Below, in pieces: positions 22,366 through 29,894 of a DNA stretch of 64,000 bases. Position 1 is the stretch's first letter, and the number at the start of each line of letters is the position of its first letter. This DNA is from Clostridiales bacterium (lineage in GTDB: Bacteria; Bacillota; Clostridia; Christensenellales; DTU072), in NCBI GenBank assembly GCA_012838805.1, contig DUON01000020.1, positions 16,593-80,592 on the forward strand, in the 5' to 3' direction. A program made the position numbers and the translations under genes. The notes below the pieces were generated by a model. That model saw nothing but the letters and a program-made list of their open reading frames with translations. It was not told where the DNA came from and made no database searches.

Positions 22366-23121
22366 TTGTATTCAAATGAATGGGTTATTTTTCTGGTCGG
22401 CGGTATAATCGTCGGAGTTATACTGGCGATGTCGACGATGTTTTTAATCAAGGGCATAAAAAGAGCCAAAGCCATAGGCATGGACAGGTCCAAGATTATC
22501 ACTGCAATTAAGTCAAGCGCTATCTTTTCCATAGTACCGTCCATTCCCATAGTCATAGGCGTGGGGATTATGATGCCTTGGCTGGGGCTTGCCATACCTT
22601 GGATAAGGCTTTCGGTCATCGGCGCTTTGCAATATGAAATAATCGCCATGAATCAGGTCACCCAGACCATGGGCGTCACCGACCCCGTGGGCATGACCGT
22701 GGATATCATAGCCACCGCGTTTATTATCATGACCATAAGCATAATATCCGGACCTCTCTTTAACGCCACGCTTTACAAAAAGTACGAACACAAGCTGGCG
22801 GACTTAAGAGAAAACAACCAAAAGCTCTTGAACACCATTACTGGGGCATTGCTTGGCGGTATCTTGGCGGGGCTGGGCTCTTATATTATCGCCGGGGGCT
22901 TTGCAGGAATACTCTTTGACTATCAACCAGCAGCGGGAAGCGACGGCATCCCCATAAACGGCGTGGTCACTTTGCTGACGCTTGCCGTAAGCGCTGTCAT
23001 TATGATAGTGTGCGGATTGCTTATCAAGTTCTTAAAATGGAAGTGGCTGGAGAACTACGCCCTTCCCATAACCATACTTGGAGCCATGGCGGCGGCTTTT
23101 GGCTTTATTCAGATTTTTTAA
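22366..23121 (+). CDS. DUF5058 family membrane protein
   Basis: 251 aa. The TTG start has GGGAGG 6 nt upstream. SSAIFSIVPSIPIVIGVGIMMPWLGLAIPWIRLSVIGALQYEIIAM resembles the DUF5058 core. Confidence 0.6.
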   Translation: MYSNEWVIFLVGGIIVGVILAMSTMFLIKGIKRAKAIGMDRSKIITAIKSSAIFSIVPSIPIVIGVGIMMPWLGLAIPWIRLSVIGALQYEIIAMNQVTQTMGVTDPVGMTVDIIATAFIIMTISIISGPLFNATLYKKYEHKLADLRENNQKLLNTITGALLGGILAGLGSYIIAGGFAGILFDYQPAAGSDGIPINGVVTLLTLAVSAVIMIVCGLLIKFLKWKWLENYALPITILGAMAAAFGFIQIF

Positions 23122-23132
23122 GAGGTAAAAAG

Positions 23133-23795
23133 ATGAAAGACAGACTGACATACAACAACGAAATGCACAAAACGGGACGGCTTTTTACATGGATTTCCTT
23201 AGCGGCGTTCATGCTTGTGCCCATAATCTTTTGCCTTGTCACAGGAGCAAAACCGCAATGGTCGGCTTTAGGAAAGTCCTTTATGTTTATTTTGGGCTAC
23301 TGGGCGATAGGCTTGGTGGAAGCAGTCAGCTACGCCCCTCTTTTGGGCAGCGGCGGACAGTACCAAACCTTTATTACAGGAAACATCGCCAACTTGAAGC
23401 TCCCTTGCGCTATCAACACCCAGACTATCCTTAAGACAAAACAAGGTAGCGAGGAAGAAGAGGTCATCACGACCATTTCGGTAGCCGTATCGACCATTGT
23501 CACAATGCTTATTATCCTCATCGGGCTTATACCCTTAAGCATCTTTTCCACCAAAATAGTCACTATCTTGGCGCCCGTCTCCCCGTATGTGATTCCTGCA
23601 ATTTTCGGAGGGCTGGGAGTGGCGCTCTTGTCCAGATACCTAAAACTCACCATTATTCCCTTTATCGTGTGTCTTGCAATAACAATCACTACTTTCGCCT
23701 TAAATATAGATATCGGACAGTCCACAATGATTCCCATAGGCATGGCGGTGTCTATCGCGGCGGCGTTTATTATCTATAAAAAGGAAAAAAAATAA
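23133..23795 (+). CDS. Polytopic membrane protein, unknown function (partner of DUF5058)
   Basis: The start is set at the ATG at 23133 (MKDRLTYNNEMHKTGRLF), 11 nt after the upstream stop. 220 aa with ~6 TMs. Confidence 0.55.
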   Translation: MKDRLTYNNEMHKTGRLFTWISLAAFMLVPIIFCLVTGAKPQWSALGKSFMFILGYWAIGLVEAVSYAPLLGSGGQYQTFITGNIANLKLPCAINTQTILKTKQGSEEEEVITTISVAVSTIVTMLIILIGLIPLSIFSTKIVTILAPVSPYVIPAIFGGLGVALLSRYLKLTIIPFIVCLAITITTFALNIDIGQSTMIPIGMAVSIAAAFIIYKKEKK

Positions 23796-23817
23796 AAATA
23801 AAGGATAAATAGTATAT

Positions 23818-25800
23818 ATGCATAAGGAATGCGGACTTCACAACCATGACAGACATCAAAAAAGCTGCTGCTTTAACGATGAGCATTGCGCTTGCCACCT
23901 GCCCAAGACTGACAAAAAAAGCCAAAAAGCAACCTTCGTCATCCTTTCCGTCTCCCTTGTGTCGGCGGTACTAAGCTATGTCTTTTTTAAGCTTGAACTG
24001 TACTCAGATACCGTATTTGCCTTTTTGGATATCGGCTGGATAGCCATACTCCTATGCGGACTCCCAATCTATAAGGAAGCTTTTCTCTCCCTTAAAGAAA
24101 AGAAAATCGTCTCATCTTTGCTCATAAGCTTAGCTCTTACCGCAAGCATAGTCATGGGCTTTGTCTCAATTTTCTTAGAGGGCTTTTCTTCTCACGAGAA
24201 CTATTTCTTTGTGGCGGCGGAAATTGCTTTCTTAATGGCTCTTGGGGAATATATTGAAGATTTGACTTCCTCAAAAAGCCGTTCCGCAATCCAAAGCCTT
24301 ATTGCCCTAACCCCAAGTATGGCTACCCTAAAGACAAACAAAGGGTATACCGAAAAGGCGGTTTCAGAAATTGAAATAGGGGATATAGTGCTTGTCAGAC
24401 CCAATGAAAAGATACCCCTTGACGGTGTGGTCTTTAGCGGCAAAAGCTCAATAAATCAATCTACTTTGACGGGAGAGTCTTTGCCCCGTGAGGTAGAGGA
24501 GGGCGGTGAGGTATACTCTTCTACCTTGAACCTTACCCATCCCATAGAGGTCAAGGTCACAAAAAAGAGCCATGAAAGCGTTATTTCACGGCTTATAGAA
24601 TATTACAAAAACGCAATAAAGAACAAAGCGCCGATAGCGCGCATCGTGGACAAAATTGCATCCAGGCTTGTTCCCTTGGCGCTGGTCACGGCGCTGATTG
24701 TGTTTGCAATAACAGCCGGCTCTATCAGTGTGACGGAGGGCTTGGCACGGGGCATGGCTATTCTTGTGGTGTTCTGTCCGTGCGGGCTTGCGCTTGCCAC
24801 TCCCACCGCGATATCCGCCACCATAGGGAATGCATCAAGGCGGGGGATATTGATAAAAAACGGTGCAACTTTGGAAGTGCTTTCCAAAATCGATACCATC
24901 GCTTTTGACAAAACCGGCACTCTGACCACCGGACAGATAGAGGTAGACGAAGTCACAAGCTTTAATATGACCAAAGAGGAGCTTCTCTCTCTTGCCGCAA
25001 GCGCCGAGGCACAGTCCGAACACCCTATCGCAAAAGCTATCGTGGCTTTTTATGGCAAAGCGCCTAAGACTCCGCAAAAAACCCTTATCAAAACGGGCGT
25101 AGGCGTGGAAGCAGTCATAGACGGAAAAAAAGTGGAGCTTGTCAAGGCGTCCCAAGCAGCCCAGTTTGAAGACTATATACAGAATGAAGAATTCTTCCAA
25201 GGGCATAAAAGCGTTGTCGCCATAGCGGTGGACGGCAGATTAGAGGGCGCTATAACCCTTAAGGACACAATTAAGGAAAAAGCTCATGACACCATAAAGA
25301 GCCTTAAGCAAATGAACTATCAAACCGTACTTATCACCGGCGACAACCAATACGCCGCCAAAGAGACAGCTGAAAACTTAGATTTTGACAAGTACCATTA
25401 TGACAAAATGCCGCTGGAAAAAGCCGAGCTTGTGCTTGGCTTAAGGAAAAGCGGAAAAAGGGTGCTTATGGTAGGCGACGGCGTCAACGACGCCCCAGCC
25501 CTTGCCCAAAGCGACGCTTCTATTTCCATGGGCTCAATTGGCAGCGAGGCGGCGATAGAGGCGGGGGATATAAGCTTATTAAATGACGACATCTCCAAAA
25601 TACCGTCGTTTATGACCTTAGCCAAAAGAGGAGTCAAGACCATTCATATTAATATCTTTCTCAGCTTGTTTATCAATGCCGTTACCGTCGCCCTTAGCGC
25701 CGCGGGGCTATTAAGTGCAGTCTGGGGAGCGCTGTTACACAATGTTTCATCCGTACTTGTCGCATTGAATTCCGCCCTTCTTTTGACAACGAAAAAATAG
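23818..25800 (+). CDS. Heavy-metal translocating P1B-type ATPase with a Cys/His-rich N-terminus (no classical HMA domain)
   Basis: 660 aa. It shows TM CPC (VVFCPCGLALATP), DKTGTLT, SEHPIAKAI and GDGVNDAPAL. The N-terminus is MHKECGLHNHDRHQKSCCFNDEHCACH. Confidence 0.9.
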   Translation: MHKECGLHNHDRHQKSCCFNDEHCACHLPKTDKKSQKATFVILSVSLVSAVLSYVFFKLELYSDTVFAFLDIGWIAILLCGLPIYKEAFLSLKEKKIVSSLLISLALTASIVMGFVSIFLEGFSSHENYFFVAAEIAFLMALGEYIEDLTSSKSRSAIQSLIALTPSMATLKTNKGYTEKAVSEIEIGDIVLVRPNEKIPLDGVVFSGKSSINQSTLTGESLPREVEEGGEVYSSTLNLTHPIEVKVTKKSHESVISRLIEYYKNAIKNKAPIARIVDKIASRLVPLALVTALIVFAITAGSISVTEGLARGMAILVVFCPCGLALATPTAISATIGNASRRGILIKNGATLEVLSKIDTIAFDKTGTLTTGQIEVDEVTSFNMTKEELLSLAASAEAQSEHPIAKAIVAFYGKAPKTPQKTLIKTGVGVEAVIDGKKVELVKASQAAQFEDYIQNEEFFQGHKSVVAIAVDGRLEGAITLKDTIKEKAHDTIKSLKQMNYQTVLITGDNQYAAKETAENLDFDKYHYDKMPLEKAELVLGLRKSGKRVLMVGDGVNDAPALAQSDASISMGSIGSEAAIEAGDISLLNDDISKIPSFMTLAKRGVKTIHINIFLSLFINAVTVALSAAGLLSAVWGALLHNVSSVLVALNSALLLTTKK

Positions 25801-25861
25801 TAGTTTCTCTTCACCAAAAAAAGGCTTTATGCATATATTGGACTTGAAAGCGAGGTCTTAT

Positions 25862-26299
25862 ATGCAATTAGATACCGATGCCGTGGAGAGAATGGCGAGA
25901 GAATACAACCAAGCCCTTTCCAATTTTAATATCTCCGATTCTTCCTTGAACATACTTGAGCGGCTTATCAACATCATTGAAAACCAGCTTGACATCATCA
26001 ATTTTCTATTATGCTGTCCTCAGTCCCGACATTGCTCCAAAATTTTGAACTATTTGAAAACCTTAAAGACAAATTCCGTCATAAAAATAAACCGTCTTAT
26101 GGACAGAGGAGAGTATATCCCCTCTTTTAGAAATCCCGAACGAACTCTCAACTTCCAAAACTCTTTTATAAAGCTTGTGGATTTGCAAATTGATGTCTTT
26201 GTGCTTTTGGATAGGCTGTCTCAATTTAGAGAAGACTTGACGGATGTCTTAATCTTGGAAAACCGCTCAATGGCTATTATATCTTCTATTTGCAGATAA
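25862..26299 (+). CDS. Hypothetical helical protein
   Basis: The ORF may start at the ATG at 25862 (GCGAGG RBS-like) or at 25829. I recognise no motifs. Its 3' end overlaps the convergent gene by 33 nt. Confidence 0.4.
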   Translation: MQLDTDAVERMAREYNQALSNFNISDSSLNILERLINIIENQLDIINFLLCCPQSRHCSKILNYLKTLKTNSVIKINRLMDRGEYIPSFRNPERTLNFQNSFIKLVDLQIDVFVLLDRLSQFREDLTDVLILENRSMAIISSICR

Positions 26300-27316
26300 A
26301 AAGAGTTTTTGCCATTCGTCTGTATGTTCGGGATGCAATACCGAAGTCTTATTGACCAGCCTATAAAGGCGGGCTCTTTGTCTATTGTTGAACGCCGCCT
26401 TTGCCAAAACCTCAAAAGCGTCTTGTTCCTCTGGCGCATAGCTTGTGTCGTCCAAGACACTTTGCATAGCCAAGGCATATTCCCCATATAGGTGTATAAT
26501 CGGCGCTCTTTGTGTCTTTTGCATCAACAAGTCCAAAGTCGCTCTAAGCGCCACAACTTCCTCTTTTTGATACTGCACATTTTCATGCCGTATGGCAAAG
26601 TTCTCTTCCTCGTCAAAAAGCGCTATCGTAAAGCTTTTTTGGCAGTCCATGACGATAAGCGGAAGTTCGTTTCCCAACCCAAGCGAAAACATCTTGGCGC
26701 TGATATTGTCCGCAAAAGGCATGACATAAAGGCTTTCCCCAGGCAGCATATACTCCAAAGCTCCCAAAATCTCCCCGCCTCTTTCTATGGGAGTGCCCAA
26801 AAGAATACTCAAAAAATCCCTTGAAGCGCTTACCGCAAAGGTGTCCGCTTTCGCCACCGAATACTTTTCAAAAAGCTCTATCGCCTCTTTGGCAATTATC
26901 GACCTTAACTCATGGGTGCGATTATCGGCTTTCAAAACGGTATTCTTGACCTTTACTGTTTCCACTAAACCGTCTTCCAGGATACCTATTGTTATCCTTT
27001 GGGAGTCTATATCGACTAAAATATTACAATATTCCAATTTTTTAGGTTTTACGAACTCTTTCTTTTTGAAGTATATTTTTATATTGTCTTTACTGAGCTT
27101 ATCGCAGGCGAGCCTCTCCCCCTTTTGAATTTCGGCAGGGCTTAAGAATTTTTTATCCAGTTGGGTTGTTGCCAGCTCATTGCAAGTTATCCGACATCTG
27201 CCGCAAATTCCCTTTCCCCCGCATGGGAAATAAAGCCCCTCATTTTCAAGAATGCTCTTAAGGGGGGTGTTTTTTTGTAAAAGAAACTCTTTATCGTTTA
27301 TATATATCTTGTCCAT
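26267..27316 (-). CDS. 2Fe-2S ferredoxin-domain protein with a degenerate ASKHA-like region (short RACo-like)
   Basis: 349 aa. The N-terminal plant-type ferredoxin motif reads FPCGGKGICGRCRI...RLACD. It is followed by ILVDIDSQRITIGIL where RACo/DUF4445 proteins carry DIGTTT. Confidence 0.5.
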   Translation of the reverse strand: MDKIYINDKEFLLQKNTPLKSILENEGLYFPCGGKGICGRCRITCNELATTQLDKKFLSPAEIQKGERLACDKLSKDNIKIYFKKKEFVKPKKLEYCNILVDIDSQRITIGILEDGLVETVKVKNTVLKADNRTHELRSIIAKEAIELFEKYSVAKADTFAVSASRDFLSILLGTPIERGGEILGALEYMLPGESLYVMPFADNISAKMFSLGLGNELPLIVMDCQKSFTIALFDEEENFAIRHENVQYQKEEVVALRATLDLLMQKTQRAPIIHLYGEYALAMQSVLDDTSYAPEEQDAFEVLAKAAFNNRQRARLYRLVNKTSVLHPEHTDEWQKLFLSANRRYNSH

Positions 27317-27359
27317 AAGGCTATTATATTACATTTTCCCCATAAACAAAAGATATTTG

Positions 27360-27388
27360 TTGACTTATTCGGGGATTAATCTTATAAT
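27360..27388 (+). promoter_or_regulatory. Sigma-A promoter driving the riboswitch leader
   Basis: TTGACT (27360-27365), a 17-nt spacer, then TATAAT (27383-27388). Confidence 0.6.
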
Positions 27389-27405
27389 AAAAAGATAATT
27401 AAATA

Positions 27406-27552
27406 GGATTAAGGTGCATTGCTTAATAGGGAACAAGCTTAAAAAGCTGACAGCCCCCGCTACTGTATGTTAAGGCAATTATGACCACTTCTTTTGAGGG
27501 AAGGTTTGCCGGGAAGAGATTCCTTTCAGAGTCAGGAGACCTGCCTTAATCC
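27406..27552 (+). promoter_or_regulatory. Cobalamin (B12) riboswitch aptamer
   Basis: The P1 helix ggattaagg (27406-27414) pairs with ccttaatcc (27544-27552). Conserved elements are AAGGUGC, AAUAGGGAA, GACAGCCCCCGCUACUGUA and CCACU...GGGAAGG. The B12 box AGUCAGGAGACCUGCC sits at 27530-27545. Confidence 0.85.
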
Positions 27553-27615
27553 AAAAAAAGCCCGTTTCGGAGGGAGACGAGGTATTGGCAAAACGCCGTT
27601 TTTGCCTTACTTTCG

Positions 27616-27647
27616 CGCTTTCCGTTATGGGAGGCGGTTTTTATTTT
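27616..27647 (+). terminator. Riboswitch expression-platform terminator
   Basis: cgctttcc-gttat-gggaggcg (8 bp including 2 G-U pairs) is followed by gtttttatttt. It ends 10 nt before the ATG at 27658. Confidence 0.6.
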
Positions 27648-27657
27648 AGGAGGATAT

Positions 27658-28110
27658 ATGAAAAGAATTTTTGTCGCCGTACTCATTATATGCTTTGCTT
27701 TGAGCTTTTTTGGCTGTAAAGAAAAAGAGACCTCACTTAAGGAAGTCACTTTGCTGATTGCGGATAAGGACCTGAACGAGCTTGCCCGATATCAGAAAGA
27801 AGCTAAAGGCACTTTAGCGGATTTACTTGGGACAATCGCAGAACAAGACTCTGATTTTTCTTACACGACTATTTTTTCGGGCAAGTTCTTGGAGAGCGTG
27901 ACTATCAAAGAAAATATCGGACTCTTCCCCGATTCGGGCAAGAACGAATTTATCGCTATCTATCACACCATAGACACCCCCGAACAAAGGGACTACACAA
28001 TAGACGCTCTGACCTATGACGGATTAAGCTTTTTCTCCGCCGCCAACGGCATAGACTCCACTCCGCTTGTGGACGGAGCAAGCTATCTTATCAAAATCGT
28101 CTCTTTTTGA
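27658..28110 (+). CDS. DUF4430-like lipoprotein (transcobalamin-like B12-binding domain candidate)
   Basis: 150 aa with a signal peptide and lipobox (LSFFGC). The domain pattern VTLLIADKD...GTLADLL...GKFLESV...DGASYLIKIV is present. It lies directly behind the B12 riboswitch. Confidence 0.55.
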   Translation: MKRIFVAVLIICFALSFFGCKEKETSLKEVTLLIADKDLNELARYQKEAKGTLADLLGTIAEQDSDFSYTTIFSGKFLESVTIKENIGLFPDSGKNEFIAIYHTIDTPEQRDYTIDALTYDGLSFFSAANGIDSTPLVDGASYLIKIVSF

Positions 28111-28112
28111 AT

Positions 28113-28646
28113 ATGAAGAGCTTGGACGCCAAAAGAATAGCACTTGTCGGACTCTTTGCCGCCTTGCTTACGGGCGGACAGCTTGCGCTTGCGGCTCTTC
28201 CCAATATTGAAGTGGTGACTCTGTTCATAATTCTTTTCAGTCTGACTTTCGGCTTCAATCTTTCGATTTTAGGCGTCTTGGCTTTTTGTCTTATAGAGGC
28301 GTCTGTCTTCGGGTTTCATTCTTGGGTTATCGCCTACTTTATTTATTGGCCGACGCTTACCTTTATCGTATCTTTACTCAACAGGCTGGGCTATAAGAAA
28401 AATATAGTCTATATCATAACGGGAGTTGTTATGACCGCTCTGTTTGGCTTTTTGACAAGCCTTGTGGACACTCTTTTTGCCTATAGTTCCGCAGGTGTCG
28501 GCTTTTTTAGATTGTTTTTTGCTATATATATAAGAGGCGTTTGGTTCTATGTCACGCACATAGTCTCAAACGCCTTCTTTTTGTCTATTGCTTTTCCCGT
28601 CCTAAGGCTTGTCTTAATAAAAGTTAAAGCCGCCTATTTCTCATAA
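28113..28646 (+). CDS. ECF-type S-component-like membrane protein (candidate cobalamin S-component, CbrT-like)
   Basis: ~177 aa with 5-6 TMs. The start overlaps or abuts the upstream stop (TTG 28107 or ATG 28113). It is in the riboswitch-controlled unit. Confidence 0.5.
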   Translation: MKSLDAKRIALVGLFAALLTGGQLALAALPNIEVVTLFIILFSLTFGFNLSILGVLAFCLIEASVFGFHSWVIAYFIYWPTLTFIVSLLNRLGYKKNIVYIITGVVMTALFGFLTSLVDTLFAYSSAGVGFFRLFFAIYIRGVWFYVTHIVSNAFFLSIAFPVLRLVLIKVKAAYFS

Positions 28647-28651
28647 AAAAT

Positions 28652-29884
28652 CTATTCCTCGTCCGCCTCAATGATTATTTCATACCGCCCTTCTTGGTCT
28701 ATCGAATTTGGAATAAACATATCTTGGTCTTTGTTGCTTAAATCTATTGAGCTACTGTCATAAGAAAAAGTTTCATTCAAAAAAAGCTCAAAGCGTATGG
28801 TCCAGATTCCATCCTGTCCGAACGAAGAAGAGAGTATGGAGTTCATTCCCGCTATCGCCAGTCCAAGCATAAAAGGGCTTATATTGATTTCGGGAATGTC
28901 CTCAATAAGCATAGACAAGATATTCGTCAGTTCCTTTACATTTATATTCAAATCCACTCTTATAGATGAAGAAAGCTGTTTCAAGTCTTCGTCCTTTGAG
29001 ACCTTGGCGTCAACTTTTGAGTCGGGAACGGATATCCACGACATCACTGTGGGAAAGATTTGGGCGTACCTTTCCAATTCCTCTTGATATTCGTCGGGAT
29101 CCATTCTGTCCTCGGTCTCCCCCGCAATTTGCAAAATCAGCTCTCTAAGCTTGGCGCCATAGGTCGTTATGGCGTACATAAAAGCCTCTTCTTCGTCGCT
29201 GAAGAACTTATCAGCGTCATCTCTTCTCACCCACTCCGCAGACGGGCTTAAGTCAATCATAGTGGAGAACATCAAGAAGTCCTTTGGCGAAAAATCTCCG
29301 CTTATGCCCAAGTTATACATAAGGTTAAGAATGGACACTTCGTCTATGCTTACCCAATAAGGGTTGCCCATACTGTCCTTATAGTCGGGGGTCTGTCCCT
29401 TTTCCACATAATCGCCTTTTGCGTTATAGGAGTTATTCCCGTCATAGCCTAAGATTCCCCGAAAATGCGTTTCGCCTCTTAGGTAACGCATAAACTCGGT
29501 ATCCAAGCTCATTTCTTCTTCGGACAGAACAGATAGGACTGATACCACCGCCGACAAATAACCCATAAAGCCTTCACTGACAAAAGATGTCCCCAAGGTG
29601 GCGTCTATATAAATCTTGTCTTGGTTTTGAATTCTATCCAGCGTGAGCTTTTGAGCTATGCTTTGAGGAACGATTTCTTGGCCCTCTTTCTGAAAAAATG
29701 TCAGCTTAAACTCCGCCTCAAACAAAGATTTCTTTTGGTCTTTTGCCTGATAGGCAAGCATGACCTCATGCAGATCAGGCTTTTCCTTGCGGTTGTTGTT
29801 TTCTTTATTGTTGCACCCCCAAAAAAGAGCGCACAAAACGCTAAGGATTATGACAATGCATATTACTTTTTTTATGTAGCTCAT
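28652..29884 (-). CDS. Hypothetical lipoprotein
   Basis: 410 aa. The signal peptide ends in ALFWGC. The protein is acidic with no recognisable catalytic motif. Confidence 0.55.
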   Translation of the reverse strand: MSYIKKVICIVIILSVLCALFWGCNNKENNNRKEKPDLHEVMLAYQAKDQKKSLFEAEFKLTFFQKEGQEIVPQSIAQKLTLDRIQNQDKIYIDATLGTSFVSEGFMGYLSAVVSVLSVLSEEEMSLDTEFMRYLRGETHFRGILGYDGNNSYNAKGDYVEKGQTPDYKDSMGNPYWVSIDEVSILNLMYNLGISGDFSPKDFLMFSTMIDLSPSAEWVRRDDADKFFSDEEEAFMYAITTYGAKLRELILQIAGETEDRMDPDEYQEELERYAQIFPTVMSWISVPDSKVDAKVSKDEDLKQLSSSIRVDLNINVKELTNILSMLIEDIPEINISPFMLGLAIAGMNSILSSSFGQDGIWTIRFELFLNETFSYDSSSIDLSNKDQDMFIPNSIDQEGRYEIIIEADEE

Positions 29885-29894
29885 ATTCTTCTCC

